Part shown: piece after piece, positions 28,371 through 39,356 of the stretch
Layout: every line of letters begins with the position of its first letter
Numbering within the stretch: position 1 is the first letter of the stretch
Source: an uncultured cyanobacterium
Lineage (GTDB): Bacteria > Cyanobacteriota > Cyanobacteriia > CAKZMO01
Reading direction: 5' to 3'
NCBI GenBank assembly: GCA_963719515.1
Contig: CAVRCJ010000006.1
Span: 352,001 to 416,000 of the forward strand
Length of the DNA stretch: 64,000 nt
Position numbers and translations under genes: made by a program
The notes under the pieces: generated by a model
The model's database searches: none
What the model was told of the DNA's origin: nothing
The model's input: only the letters and a program-made list of their open reading frames with translations

Positions 28371-29291
28371 CTATCGGGCGCGGCTCACGACCGTATCTTC
28401 GACGCTGGCTGTCGGAGTCGCCCCGAGATTGAGCTCTAGCCCTTCCCAAGCCACGGTACTGTTGGGGAAGTGCTCGGCGGCTTCTTGCTTAATATTGTCC
28501 ATGAATTCGTCGCTGTGAAGCGGATCATGGTGGAAAATGATCAGCTGCTTGACGTTGGCAGCGCGGGCAATCTTTACCGCCTCTTGCCAAGTCGAATGGC
28601 CCCACCCAACCTTACCCACCGGCTTCTCGTTATACTCGGCGTCCGTATAGGTCGAGTCATAGATGAAAACGTCTGCATCTTGGGCAAGCCACAAGACGTT
28701 GTCGTCTAGGCGATCGGGGAAATGCTCTGTATCGGTAACGTAGGCCGCAGAGAAGCCATTCCAGCTGACGCGGTAGCCCACGGCCTCACCGGGATGGTTG
28801 AGCATGCGGTTGTCTACGCGAATGTCGCCTACTTGGATTGAATCCCCCACCTCAATGTCGTGGAAGCGAAGGGATGCGCCCATAATCTGCAGCGGCACAG
28901 GGAAGTTAGGATGCAGCATTTGGTCGTTAAGCCGCTGCTCGACCGTTGAGCCGTTGGGGGCTACCGTGCCGTAAATGTTGAACTTGTTGCCGGGAACAAA
29001 CGCTGGGGTAAAGAAAGGAAACCCCTGAATGTGGTCCCAGTGGGAGTGGGTAAAGAACATGCTAGCTTCGACTGGGGTGTGCTTAAGCAGCTCTTGACCC
29101 AATACCCGCAGCCCTGTGCCACCGTCAAAAATTAGCCGGTGCCCATCAATCAGCATCTCAATACAGGACGTATTGCCGCCATATCGAACAGTATGTCCGC
29201 CAGGACAAGCGATACTACCGCGAACCCCCCAGAAGCGAACTTTGAACTGACCTTCAGCGAGCTGTCCGTTACTCTCAGACATGAGTATCAC
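28371..29291 (-). CDS. MBL-fold metallo-hydrolase
   Basis: FWGVRGSIACPG, YGGNTSC, HSHWDHIQG, GWGHST, FHHDP. Confidence 0.9.
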   Translation of the reverse strand: MILMSESNGQLAEGQFKVRFWGVRGSIACPGGHTVRYGGNTSCIEMLIDGHRLIFDGGTGLRVLGQELLKHTPVEASMFFTHSHWDHIQGFPFFTPAFVPGNKFNIYGTVAPNGSTVEQRLNDQMLHPNFPVPLQIMGASLRFHDIEVGDSIQVGDIRVDNRMLNHPGEAVGYRVSWNGFSAAYVTDTEHFPDRLDDNVLWLAQDADVFIYDSTYTDAEYNEKPVGKVGWGHSTWQEAVKIARAANVKQLIIFHHDPLHSDEFMDNIKQEAAEHFPNSTVAWEGLELNLGATPTASVEDTVVSRAR

Positions 29292-29633
29292 TTACACTCA
29301 AGTTAACTATTCCTGTAGAGGACCCTGTCACCCTCAATCCTTATCCAATTCTAATGATTATCGCCTAGGGATCGCATGTCACCGATCACAAAATAGCTCA
29401 AATCTCTGAAATGTTGTTCGCCGCAAGAACTATCCTGACAGGTTCACCCAGCGTTGAGGAGTGTGCGATCGCCACCCGTTTTAGGCTTTTCGTATCTTAT
29501 CTCAACCTTGGCATAAAAGAGTATTGATGTGGCAGCAAATTATGGTACTCACAACAAACTTCGTCCAAGCGAGCCTAAAGTGTAGCGCCTTGAAAACTCC
29601 TCTCCTACAGGGTCTTGTCAAAGTGACGCTGGG

Positions 29634-30458
29634 TTATTGACCCAGCCAGGTCCGCTGCTTTAAGTTTCGAAGACCAGAAACGCTCGTCATATTATATTCA
29701 AGCGGCGTCACCGTAATGTGGTTGCGGCGAATAGCCTGCACATCGGTTTGGATTTGCGCGAGCTCATCCAAAAGTTCTTCGCAAAAGGTGTGTTCAGCGA
29801 CCTCATCAATTTCTTCTAAGACCTCTCCCGCTAGCCAGTAGTAGGTCTTCCCTCGTGGGTCCACTCGCTTTTCAAATAGATCCACGTAGCGGCGCACCCC
29901 CTGTCTGGTTAGCAGTATGCCCTTCATAGCCGACTCCTCAACAGCGGGGATATTGATATTGAGAAGGGTTGCTTTGGGCAGCGTCTGGTGGTCGAGAGAG
30001 GCAACAAGCGATCGCGCCACGTTGGCGGCAGGCTGAAACTCTTGGGCTGAAAAGCTTGCCAGGCTAAAGGCAATGCTGGGAATACCCTCTATGACCCCTT
30101 CCATTGCCGCTGAGACGGTGCCGGAATAAAGCACGTCAGTGCCCAAGTTGGGGCCATGATTGATTCCAGAGAGCACTAGGTCAGGTGGGGTTTTGAGCAA
30201 TGCGCCCAGGGCGAGCTTAACGCAGTCGGCCGGGGTTCCAGAACAGGCCCAGGCGGTAACCGACTCGACAAAAATGGAGTCCACCTGCTCGGCGCGGATA
30301 GGATCATGCAGCGTCAGGCCGTGGCCGGTGGCAGAGCGCTCGCGGTCGGGGCACACCACCGTAATCTCGTGCCCCGCCGCCGATAGGGTGTTTGCCAATG
30401 CCCGAATACCTGCTGCAAATACACCGTCGTCATTGCTGATCAACAACTTCATAGGCAA
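29634..30458 (-). CDS. surE: 5'/3'-nucleotidase SurE
   Basis: [37 protein letters not shown]. Confidence 0.95.
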   Translation of the reverse strand: MPMKLLISNDDGVFAAGIRALANTLSAAGHEITVVCPDRERSATGHGLTLHDPIRAEQVDSIFVESVTAWACSGTPADCVKLALGALLKTPPDLVLSGINHGPNLGTDVLYSGTVSAAMEGVIEGIPSIAFSLASFSAQEFQPAANVARSLVASLDHQTLPKATLLNINIPAVEESAMKGILLTRQGVRRYVDLFEKRVDPRGKTYYWLAGEVLEEIDEVAEHTFCEELLDELAQIQTDVQAIRRNHITVTPLEYNMTSVSGLRNLKQRTWLGQ

Positions 30459-30535
30459 CCACCAAGCGCTATAGTTTTCAGCTGCCTTTGCGATAAACTG
30501 GGTTAAGATTACGGCTACCGCTGGCTCAGCCTCAT

Positions 30536-30589
30536 TTTAGGGTAGTCGGGCCATCCGACAGCTTTAGGGTAGTCGGATGGCCCGACAGC
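30536..30589. repeat. Two tandem 27-bp units whose cores are mutual reverse complements
   Basis: tttagggtaGTCGGgccatCCGACagc / tttagggtaGTCGGatggcCCGACagc. Confidence 0.85.
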
Positions 30590-30623
30590 GACAGTCCGGC
30601 AGCAATAGAATTAACCCAGGCGA

Positions 30624-31622
30624 ATGGCTAGTCTAACCGAACTTGAATCCCAACTTACACAGCTCCAGACTGGCGCGCAGCAGGCGATCGCTGCAGCCGA
30701 CGACCTAGAAACTCTAGAGCAGCTCCGCATTCAATACCTGGGTAAGAAGGGGCAGATCTCCAAAGTGTTGGGCGGCATGGGTCGCCTAGATCCTCAGGAG
30801 CGTCCCCAGGTGGGCGCTCTTGCCAACCGCGTCAAAACGGCGCTTCAAGAGAATTTGGACCAGCGACGCGGCAGTCTGCAAACTGCCCAAGTTAAGGCTC
30901 AGCTGGCTGCTGAGACCCTAGACATCACTATGCCAGGGGTCTATCGCCCTCAGGGAAAAGTTCATCCTCTTACAAGCACCGTTGACCGGGCGCTCGACGT
31001 GTTTGTGGGCTTAGGCTATACCGTGGCCGATGGGCCAGAAATCGAAAGCGATTACTACAACTTTGAGGCGCTCAACACGCCGGCAGACCACCCCGCCCGC
31101 GACATGCAGGATACCTTTTATCTGCCCGGTGGAGACCTGCTGCGTACCCACACCTCCTCCATCCAGATTCGCTACATGGAAGAACACGAGCCCCCGATCC
31201 GCGTAGCGGCCCCGGGCCGAGTCTATCGCCGCGATACTGTGGATGCCACTCACTCGGCTGTGTTTCATCAGCTAGAAATCTTGGCGATCGATAAAGGGCT
31301 GACGTTTACCGACCTTAAGGGGACGGTGAGAGTCTTTTTAAGCGCGATGTTCGGGGATTTGCCGATTCGCTTTCGCCCTAGCTTTTTTCCGTTCACTGAG
31401 CCCTCAGCAGAGGTCGATGTTCAGTGGCGGGGCCGCTGGCTTGAGGTTCTAGGCTGCGGTATGGTAGACCCCAACGTGCTTAAAAACGTCGGGTATGATC
31501 CTGAGGTGTATACAGGCTTTGCGGCTGGGTTTGGCGTTGAGCGGTTTGCTATGGTGCTGCACCAGCTCGATGATATTCGTCGCCTCTACAGCAGCGATTT
31601 GAGGTTTCTGCGGCAGTTTTAG
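30624..31622 (+). CDS. pheS: Phenylalanine-tRNA ligase alpha subunit
   Basis: [40 protein letters not shown]. Confidence 0.97.
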   Translation: MASLTELESQLTQLQTGAQQAIAAADDLETLEQLRIQYLGKKGQISKVLGGMGRLDPQERPQVGALANRVKTALQENLDQRRGSLQTAQVKAQLAAETLDITMPGVYRPQGKVHPLTSTVDRALDVFVGLGYTVADGPEIESDYYNFEALNTPADHPARDMQDTFYLPGGDLLRTHTSSIQIRYMEEHEPPIRVAAPGRVYRRDTVDATHSAVFHQLEILAIDKGLTFTDLKGTVRVFLSAMFGDLPIRFRPSFFPFTEPSAEVDVQWRGRWLEVLGCGMVDPNVLKNVGYDPEVYTGFAAGFGVERFAMVLHQLDDIRRLYSSDLRFLRQF

Positions 31623-31660
31623 ACGGCTTCACAGTTCGGCTTTACAGCTTAGTTTTACCT

Positions 31661-31954
31661 TTAGCAATAGCGACGGATATCTTCACCGCACTCATCTGCG
31701 AGATAGCACAGCGCGCGGAACCGTAGGCCAACGAGCTGCTCGTAGAGTGGGTTTAGCTTGCACAGCGGCGGGATATGGGCAACATGGTGACCAAACAGGT
31801 TGACGTCTCGCTCAAAAGGACATTGGGCCGGGACGGCATTGGAGATGAATCGAGCCAGTTTGGGGCGGCGGACGTCGATTCTGTCAAGCCAGCGCCGCAG
31901 GGGGGAGAAGAGGTCGAGGCGAGACTTGAGCTGAGCCGAAGATAATATAGTCAT
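31661..31954 (-). CDS. Mo-dependent nitrogenase C-terminal domain family protein
   Basis: VPAQCPFERD, HIPPLCKLNPLYEQLVGLRFRALCYLADECGED. Confidence 0.85.
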   Translation of the reverse strand: MTILSSAQLKSRLDLFSPLRRWLDRIDVRRPKLARFISNAVPAQCPFERDVNLFGHHVAHIPPLCKLNPLYEQLVGLRFRALCYLADECGEDIRRYC

Positions 31955-32640
31955 GGGTAGCACAGACGTGAATTGGCTAAAGCACAATATTTGACAGTCA
32001 GGTTGAGCGTATGGCTCTGAGCAAAGCGACTGTAGGACCCCACGGGGGGATGCCCGGCATAGACCTGCTTTGTGGCTATCTACTCATCTGAAATGCTGTT
32101 CACTATTACCAAGATACAAACGCTACTATTGACTTTCTTGAAGGAATCAGAAAGCATTCCACAATAGGCCTAAAGCTTCCGTAAAGATAAAGGTGCTAAA
32201 CGGCTTCTGGATAAGTAGCGTAGGTTTGAGAGCGAATGACCCGCAGCGATGGCGATGCGATCGCCCCCTGCACTGAGTTTCTAGCGACATGCTCTCGGTA
32301 TAGTGCAGCTGCCTCGGCCATGGAGGAGACGGCATACTGGATCTTAGCGCCGCCCCCGAGAGGAATGGTCAAGCAGAGCTTCGATGGGTCTGTCCCTCTC
32401 AAACTTTTTTGAGTGACTAACATCACAACTTCCTGAGAAACAATGGTGAGCCTGGTTTGGCTGAGTCGCGATTGGCTAATGGACCAATGAGCTGAACCGT
32501 CTCAAGCCAGGTATTTGGTAGACTCTATATCTATTAAAGATCCTAATCATTGAGAAGATGTTCCAAGAGCAGTTCGGATCTTGAAGTGGCATAGCGAGGT
32601 CTCTCGTAAAATTGGGTCATTGAGGTAAGCAGCATTACGT

Positions 32641-33351
32641 ATGACATTAGCTACGGTATCGTCTAAAGAAGGACTTTTCGGGGCTGCCCTGCGTTTACGT
32701 CTAGTGGTGGGGGTGATGGGCTGCTTTTTAGGAGTTGCGCTTTTGGGGGGCTGTGCAACTCGGGTTTCTACGCCCGCTCAAGATGAAGCAGCTCAGGCTA
32801 AAGACCCGTCAGCAGAAGGCTCCGACTCATTTCAGGAGGCCGTACGCAAGGCCACTGAGGCGGCAGCGCTAGGTCAAACGGCAGAGACGGAAAGCGAGTG
32901 GGAAGCGATCGCTAAGCTGTGGCAAACTGCTGCGGACCTGATGCGGGCCGTGCCAGCCGATCACCCTCAGTATGAGATCGCACAGCAGCGAGCGAAGGAA
33001 GACTACACCAAGAACTTTCAGGTTGCTCAGCAACAGGCTGGGACAGCTAGCAATGTGGATCAGACGACGGATGACGATAGATTGACCAAAGTGGACTTTG
33101 GGGATGGATGGCCCTTCGTCATCGACGGAGAACTTCGCTGCGAGCCGGTCAGCGTTGGAGACCGTCAGCTCAAACTCGTGACGCTTCACAGCATTGGTCA
33201 GGTTTACGCGGTCAATGGGCCCGCCCAAGCGCGGGCCAGCGAGCGGGGCTGGCGCAACGTCGATGAAGTCTGGCGCAGCAGCCCAATTGGCTCGGGAAAG
33301 GCCCCAATAAATTGGGTGTTGATGCGGGCGCAGTCGGCCTGCGGGGCCTAG
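32641..33351 (+). CDS. Putative lipoprotein with C-terminal YebY/DUF2511-like domain
   Basis: Lipobox LLGGC; helical middle; FGDGWPF...GELRC...YAVNG...VDEVW...C. Confidence 0.6.
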   Translation: MTLATVSSKEGLFGAALRLRLVVGVMGCFLGVALLGGCATRVSTPAQDEAAQAKDPSAEGSDSFQEAVRKATEAAALGQTAETESEWEAIAKLWQTAADLMRAVPADHPQYEIAQQRAKEDYTKNFQVAQQQAGTASNVDQTTDDDRLTKVDFGDGWPFVIDGELRCEPVSVGDRQLKLVTLHSIGQVYAVNGPAQARASERGWRNVDEVWRSSPIGSGKAPINWVLMRAQSACGA

Positions 33352-33422
33352 GGCTTTGGCCTGCAATTACGGGGCACATGTGGAGCACATATGGGACGCA
33401 ATGGCCTGTCGTGGCTACGGTT

Positions 33423-34301
33423 CTACTGACGGTATGCCAGCACAAAGCGCTCAATGCCTGCTAGGTCGGCAAAGACCTGCACGTCACGGTAGGGTCCCTG
33501 ATGCAGTAGCTCACAGACCGCGGCCGGCTGTCCCAGCATGGTCTCTACCAGCCATACCCCCCCGGAAATCAAATAGTCTGGCGCAGCAGCGACCAGCTGA
33601 CGCACTGCCATTAGCCCATCTTCTCCGCCATCTAGAGCCAAGAGAGGATCGTGCTGGACCTCCGGGGCAAGGTCGGCCAGCGCCTCGGTAGGAATGTATG
33701 GAGGGTTAGAGATGACGCCACCGACCTGGTTTCGTAGCCCTTGGAGGGGCTCAAACCAGCTCCCTTGATGAAACTGGATTGAGAGCGCGTACCGCTGGGC
33801 ATTGTGCCGGGCGACCGCTAGCGCGTCAGGGCTACAGTCCACGGCGTGAACTGCCGCCTCGGGGAGGGCCGTTGCCAGCCCCAAGGCGATCGCCCCGCTG
33901 CCTGTCCCTAGGTCGGCCCAAGGGGATCTTCTAAGAGCCTGCTGGCGTTGCGTGGCTAGCAGCGCCAGATCGATCAGCCGTTCGGTTTCGGGCCTAGGAA
34001 TTAGAACAGCCGGTGATACCACCAGGTCGAACTCTCGCCAAGGCGCTTTGCCTATGACGTACTGTACGGGCGATCGCGCTTGAATGCGAGTCTGCCAGCG
34101 CCGATTGAGCTCCTCTAAGGGTAGCTCTAGAGCGACTGCGGACCGCAGCGTCACGGTTTCTAGCCGCAGCGCTAGCCGGTCCAAATCACTGACGTTCAGC
34201 AGCACCCAGTCCACCTCGTCGGGAGACACCTGATGGGCGATCGCTTGACGGCGGGCCAGCTGCCGCCACTGCCAGAGGTCATCTCCCGACGCAGTATACA
34301 T
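33423..34301 (-). CDS. prmC: Release factor glutamine methyltransferase
   Basis: VLIPRPETE, DLGTGSGAIA, SNPPYIP, ALDGGEDG. Confidence 0.95.
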   Translation of the reverse strand: MYTASGDDLWQWRQLARRQAIAHQVSPDEVDWVLLNVSDLDRLALRLETVTLRSAVALELPLEELNRRWQTRIQARSPVQYVIGKAPWREFDLVVSPAVLIPRPETERLIDLALLATQRQQALRRSPWADLGTGSGAIALGLATALPEAAVHAVDCSPDALAVARHNAQRYALSIQFHQGSWFEPLQGLRNQVGGVISNPPYIPTEALADLAPEVQHDPLLALDGGEDGLMAVRQLVAAAPDYLISGGVWLVETMLGQPAAVCELLHQGPYRDVQVFADLAGIERFVLAYRQ

Positions 34302-34324
34302 GACGGTTGTAGCCTAGCTAGCGA

Positions 34325-35143
34325 CTATGGCTGGGCTGCTTCTGACTCGTCATTCTCTTGAGACGATTCCCCTTCTGACTGAGCCTCTTGAGCCGCTTCT
34401 AGCGCTTCAAGGGAGGGAACAAGCCGCAGCTGCAGCAGCTCTTCGTCCTCAGTTGTTTCTAGGGTTTGAATCAGCTCCTCTAGGCGAATAATGAACGGAT
34501 CGAGTCCTTCAGCAAATTCGGGCTGACGCTCGCCAATGGCGGCTATCAAGGCTTGCAGCTGATCATAAGAGAAGAATAGTGGGACAATCTGATTGTCCTC
34601 ACCATCTGGGACGGTCAGGAGTCCCTCTTCATCTGAACCCGTAGCGCTGCGGGCTGTAAATAGCGGCACGCCCAAAAATTCGCTGACGGTTGAGGGGTCT
34701 TCGCCATTCTCCTCTAGCTCACTCTGCAGGATCTCCACGGCAGAAGCGGCTTCATCTCGGGAAGGCACAAACACAAACTCAAGGCGGTTCTCGGGGTCTT
34801 GACCCTCAACCGCCGCCGCATAGATTCGACCCAGCGATACCGGGGTGACGCGAACCTCCGATGCCAGGTCTGGGTTACTCTCCTGAAGCGAGCCTAGAAA
34901 TGCTGCGGCATCTGCTTGGGTAATAAATACTCTGACGAGCGGTGCCCCCGGCTCTCCCTCTTGAGGCTCGGCGACCAGCGGCGCTCTATCTTCATCGGTG
35001 ATGGTGAATACCGGCACGGCCCGAAGCTGTTGAACAACTTCCTCTTGGGTAAGAGCCCAAGCGCTGTTGGCGACGCCCAGCACTGCTCCGGCGACGATGC
35101 CGCCAAGGGCAAATGCGGCGCTCTGGCGAGTAAATAGATTCAT
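34325..35143 (-). CDS. tic22: Tic22 family periplasmic chaperone
   Basis: Signal peptide ending AWA-LTQEEVVQQLRAVPVFTITD; FLGVPLF; IVPLFF. Confidence 0.8.
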   Translation of the reverse strand: MNLFTRQSAAFALGGIVAGAVLGVANSAWALTQEEVVQQLRAVPVFTITDEDRAPLVAEPQEGEPGAPLVRVFITQADAAAFLGSLQESNPDLASEVRVTPVSLGRIYAAAVEGQDPENRLEFVFVPSRDEAASAVEILQSELEENGEDPSTVSEFLGVPLFTARSATGSDEEGLLTVPDGEDNQIVPLFFSYDQLQALIAAIGERQPEFAEGLDPFIIRLEELIQTLETTEDEELLQLRLVPSLEALEAAQEAQSEGESSQENDESEAAQP

Positions 35144-35388
35144 GGGGGCTCCTGGTCTAAACTGTAGTTTGCTGAAAAGGGTCTTCCAAAGGGTCAATTC
35201 ACTCGGCTCACGCAGCCGTAGCAGGGCGCTAACGGGCTCGTCAGCTCAGCAATGGAGGAGATTGTCTTATGTCCTGAATCGTTTGTCAATTGACGGCGAA
35301 TTGGGTTACTAAGTCTTCTTAGACCCAATAAAAACGAGGTTTTCAACTTTTCAAGCGGTAGCGATCGCCGTCCGGATAAGCTTCGACA

Positions 35389-36363
35389 CTAAGCGCCGTC
35401 ACGCTGGGTCACGCAGTCCTGCAGCGTCTCTTGCACCGAGCGAGGCCTCCATCCCAGCTGACGCTTTGCCTTAGATCCATCGACGCGCACACAGCGATCA
35501 TAGATGTAGTGAACCCGCTCTCGGCTCAGGGGCGGTTGCCAGTTCGTCAACCGTCCAATGGGGTCTAGCAGGTTACCCGCCAGCCGGACAACGGCAGGGG
35601 GCACCTCCGCCGGGGCCGGTACCCCGGTTATCTGGCTCAGCTGGTCAAACATTTCCCGCGTCGTCAGCTCGTCCGCCGACAAAATGAAATGCTCACCCGG
35701 CTGCCCCTGCTCAATTGCCAGCAGCATACCGTCGACTAAATCATCCACATGCACGATCCCCGTCACGCGATCGCCCCCAGCCCACACCTTTAGCTTGCCG
35801 CGCCGGAACGTCTCTAGGACGGGGCCAAAGTGGGGGTCGTCGGGGCCAAAGATGCCCGAGGGCATGACGCTAACCGCATGAAGCCCCGCTGCAGCGGCCT
35901 CATCGACTAGCTTTTGGGCTTCGTATTTGGTGCGATCGTAAGCAGAGGAAAAGCCTGTCTGCTGACGCTCAAAGGTCTCATCGATTACCTTGCCCTGGGT
36001 ATCCCCGTAGATTCCAATCGTGCTGCAGTACAGCAGCCGGGAGCTTGCCTCTCTCGCGGCTGCGAGCACGGTGCGGGTGCCCTCAATATTGACGTGGGCC
36101 ATCCGCTCTGCATCCACAACCCCTAGCTCTACGTACGCCGCCGTATGGAACACCCAGTCTACCTCTGACATCGCCTGAGTCAGAGCGGCTCGGTCGGTGA
36201 CATCACCGTAGGCCAGCGCTAGATCGCCTTCAATCTGCGGTTCTAGGCGAGATAGATTACTCGTAGGGCGCACAAAACCAACTACCTGATGGCCACGATG
36301 CAGCAGCGCTTTAGCTAGATGCGACCCCGTGAACCCGCTGGCCCCCGTGACTAGCGCCTTCAT
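35389..36363 (-). CDS. NAD-dependent epimerase/reductase (extended SDR), candidate CerR-like
   Basis: VTGASGFTG, FHTAA, YDRTK (YxxxK); 4-bp ATGA overlap with the upstream GNAT gene. Confidence 0.85.
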   Translation of the reverse strand: MKALVTGASGFTGSHLAKALLHRGHQVVGFVRPTSNLSRLEPQIEGDLALAYGDVTDRAALTQAMSEVDWVFHTAAYVELGVVDAERMAHVNIEGTRTVLAAAREASSRLLYCSTIGIYGDTQGKVIDETFERQQTGFSSAYDRTKYEAQKLVDEAAAAGLHAVSVMPSGIFGPDDPHFGPVLETFRRGKLKVWAGGDRVTGIVHVDDLVDGMLLAIEQGQPGEHFILSADELTTREMFDQLSQITGVPAPAEVPPAVVRLAGNLLDPIGRLTNWQPPLSRERVHYIYDRCVRVDGSKAKRQLGWRPRSVQETLQDCVTQRDGA

Positions 36364-37514
36364 AGTGCTTTCTCGTAGGTGCGATAGGTTTTGTAGATGG
36401 TGGCCCCCGTCGCCTCTACAATGCTGCGGGAGGCGCTGTTGTTCTCGTAGACGTACCCTAGCTCGGCAAAGCGATAGGGCTTACTCGTTTGTCTACCATA
36501 ATTGAACCCTAAATAGATGAGACCCAAGGGGACCATGCGGCGGCGGTGCTCTGGCAGGGCGCAGATGACCAGCACTCGCAGCTGATCAATAAACCGGCGA
36601 TACCAGAGAAACTTCAGTTTACCCAGTAAGTCAAGCCGTCCGTTGAGTCGCTTGAGCACAATATTGTAGTCCGGCAGCGTCATAAAAAAGCCGATCATCT
36701 TGCCCTCGTATTCCGCAATCCAAAAAATGTCTGGGTCCACCAAGGATTGTAGATCTTTTGCCTCTTCCCGGAACTCTTCTAGAGTTCGTGCTGTCGCACC
36801 CCAGTTGTCGGCGAACATCTTTGTAAACAGGTGGTACATCTGCGTCACGTCTTGCCAAAAGGCCTCTCCTTTTGTGTGCAGCGGACGAAACTCAACCCCC
36901 GATCTAACGGCGATGTTATAGCCCCGCTCATACTGAGGCGGCAGATCTTCCGAGCCGTCTAGCCCATAGGAATAGGCGTCTATGGCCTTCTCCCATCCCA
37001 GCTGCTCCATAAACTTAGGATAGTGGGGTGGGTTGTAGGGCATCATGATCATCGGCGGGGAGTCGAACCGATCCAACAGGAAGAGGCAGCGGTTGTGAGT
37101 AGACAGGTTTATGGGTCCCTGCACAGCCGTCATTCCCTGTTGCACAAGCCAGGCCGCGGCCTCATCGAACAGGGCCTCAGCAACCTCAACGTCGTCAATA
37201 CACTCGAAGTAGCCAAAAATCCCAACGGGGCGCTGCTCTTTCTCAATGAGTCGCTGGTTGACCGCAGCAACGATGCGGCCAACAGTGGCACCCTGTTTAC
37301 TGGCGACGAATGCCCGAAAGGTGCCATATTTCAAAAACTCGTTGTCTACGGCGAACAGCTGAGCCTCGCTGCTTCTCAGTGGAGGAACCCAGCAATCATT
37401 GCCCTCATAGACCCGGTAAGGGAGGTCTATAAATGCGGTTTGAGTCTGGGGCGACGTCACGGCCTCAACTGTGATGCCTGAAGAATTGACAACGCTAGTC
37501 ATTAGTCCTGCCAC
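36360..37514 (-). CDS. YghO-like tandem GNAT acyltransferase, candidate bCerS-like
   Basis: FIDLPYRVY..WVPPL, GRIVA, FGYFECIDD, GPINLST, PMIMMPYNPPHY, LPDYN, IYKTYRTYEK. Confidence 0.75.
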   Translation of the reverse strand: MAGLMTSVVNSSGITVEAVTSPQTQTAFIDLPYRVYEGNDCWVPPLRSSEAQLFAVDNEFLKYGTFRAFVASKQGATVGRIVAAVNQRLIEKEQRPVGIFGYFECIDDVEVAEALFDEAAAWLVQQGMTAVQGPINLSTHNRCLFLLDRFDSPPMIMMPYNPPHYPKFMEQLGWEKAIDAYSYGLDGSEDLPPQYERGYNIAVRSGVEFRPLHTKGEAFWQDVTQMYHLFTKMFADNWGATARTLEEFREEAKDLQSLVDPDIFWIAEYEGKMIGFFMTLPDYNIVLKRLNGRLDLLGKLKFLWYRRFIDQLRVLVICALPEHRRRMVPLGLIYLGFNYGRQTSKPYRFAELGYVYENNSASRSIVEATGATIYKTYRTYEKAL

Positions 37515-37609
37515 CGTAAACTGCTCTTAGCTTACATGGGGCGGGTTTAGGCGTCTAGAGAAGCACTCACCCATAAAGGACTGCTGCGATCGCACCATTA
37601 TCGCTTCGA

Positions 37610-38569
37610 TCACAGCGCCGCCATGTACTCCCGCAAATCTTGACGCTTGCCTCGCAGCCGCCGCAGGGCGTCCTGCTGAATCTGGCGAACCCGCTCTCGG
37701 CTAACGTCTAGCTCATCGCCAATTTTTGCCAGAGTGAGCACGCGTCCGTCCCGGAGTCCAAACCTGAGGGTGAGGACCTCCTGCTGCTGGGGGGTAAGAT
37801 CGCTCATTAGATCGGCTAGATCTTGTTTTAGATGCCGGTTTACGACAATATCCTCGGGCGAGGCACCATCATCAGGTAGCAGATCCCCCAGGTGATTGTT
37901 ATCGTTGTCGCCAATGGTCAGATCTAGAGACAGGGGTTGGCGAGCCCGATCGAGGTAGTAGCGGACCTTGTCAGGAGAGATGTCCGTTTCTTGCGATAGC
38001 TCAGCCACCGTAGCCGATCGCCCTAATCGCTGCGAGACTTGACGTTGAGCCTTCTTGATTTTATTCAGCTGCTCGACCACATGTATCGGAAGGCGAATAG
38101 TACGACTTTGCTCTGCGATCGCTCGGGTGATGGCCTGTCGAATCCACCAGTAGGCGTAGGTGGAGAATCGATAGCCCTTGGAGGGGTCAAACTTCTCTAC
38201 ACCTCGGTAGAGCCCCAGAGTGCCCTCCTGAATCAAATCAAGAAACTCTAAGTTGGATTTGATGTATTTCTTGGCAATGGAAACCACTAGCCGGAGGTTG
38301 GCCCGCACCATCTTCACTTTGGCGCGCTTACCTTCACGCAGCGATCGCCGCAGCTGGTTGACTGAAAGGTCAGCAGCCTCGGCCCAGTCGCAGAGCTCTA
38401 GTTCGCTCGCTTCTGTTGACTCCAAAAGGCGATCGCGCACCGCTTCCAAGTCCACTAAACACCGCACCTGCTTACCCAAAATAATTTCTTGCTCATGGGT
38501 CAGCAAAGGAACGCGTCCAATCTCTTCCAAATAGGCGCGGACTGGGTCAATACGGCGAGTAACAGTCAT
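37610..38569 (-). CDS. Group 2 RNA polymerase sigma-70 factor
   Basis: [56 protein letters not shown]; no region 1.1. Confidence 0.92.
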   Translation of the reverse strand: MTVTRRIDPVRAYLEEIGRVPLLTHEQEIILGKQVRCLVDLEAVRDRLLESTEASELELCDWAEAADLSVNQLRRSLREGKRAKVKMVRANLRLVVSIAKKYIKSNLEFLDLIQEGTLGLYRGVEKFDPSKGYRFSTYAYWWIRQAITRAIAEQSRTIRLPIHVVEQLNKIKKAQRQVSQRLGRSATVAELSQETDISPDKVRYYLDRARQPLSLDLTIGDNDNNHLGDLLPDDGASPEDIVVNRHLKQDLADLMSDLTPQQQEVLTLRFGLRDGRVLTLAKIGDELDVSRERVRQIQQDALRRLRGKRQDLREYMAAL

Positions 38570-39066
38570 AGTAATAATGAAACACCTCAGCAATCAAAAA
38601 GTATCAAATTCAGAGATAGCGTATATTCCATAAGTCGCATGCATCCACCGTCAGCTTTTGAAGCAGCTTAACTTATGGGGCAGCAAGACCAACCACAAGA
38701 GACAAAGCCGCTATAGAGCTCAATCTCGACCTACGAGCAGTGGACTGCTTGCTAATTAACCCTCATGAAACCTAAATCATCACGCCGTGCAGTGCCAGAG
38801 ACGCTGCACGGCCACACCGGCAGAAAAAACAATCCGTACAAAACGTAGTCCGCACGAATCAGTATAGAACTGCTGCCTGCATACGCTCATGTGCAACGGC
38901 ATTGCACGCAATAAACATCCCCTCTCGTCTCTCCATCATAGCATGAAATGCCAATTTTGAACAGCATTTTATGACGGTTGAACGCAGGAAGCCCCGAACT
39001 ACGGACGAGAAGTTTAGGTGAGGTAGCAGAATCTAAACCCTCGGAGATAGCTCTTTCCTCGCACTT

Positions 39067-39115
39067 TAAAAGCCTATTAGACCGTATCCGTAAAAGCCTA
39101 TTAGACCGTATCCGT
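39067..39115. repeat. Perfect 24-bp tandem duplication
   Basis: taaaagcctattagaccgtatccg x2. Confidence 0.9.
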
Positions 39116-39356
39116 CAGGTCCCCTTTTACGGCACAGGTGAAAACGACAGGGTCAGTCTGCGCCGCCGCACTGTCGACTCAGGTCAAGAGTATTGCACTT
39201 ACAGAGTCTACCTCTAGAACGATGACAGCATGATGTTGAAATTAAGCTGGTGATTTCTCGACTTATTTTTCAGAATGTTTGCTACTTTTTTAGAGGGAAC
39301 CCGCTTGAATCATTTTCAGAATTCGAGCCTACTTTTATTCCCTTAACGCTGTTTCG

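Noticed and set aside
31661..31954. Evidence for nitrogen fixation
   Set aside because: This domain family is common in non-diazotrophic cyanobacteria and no nif genes are in the window.
32196..32426. 76 aa minus-strand ORF
   Set aside because: Plausible small gene in an intergenic gap, but it has a GTG start and no motif; not enough support to call.
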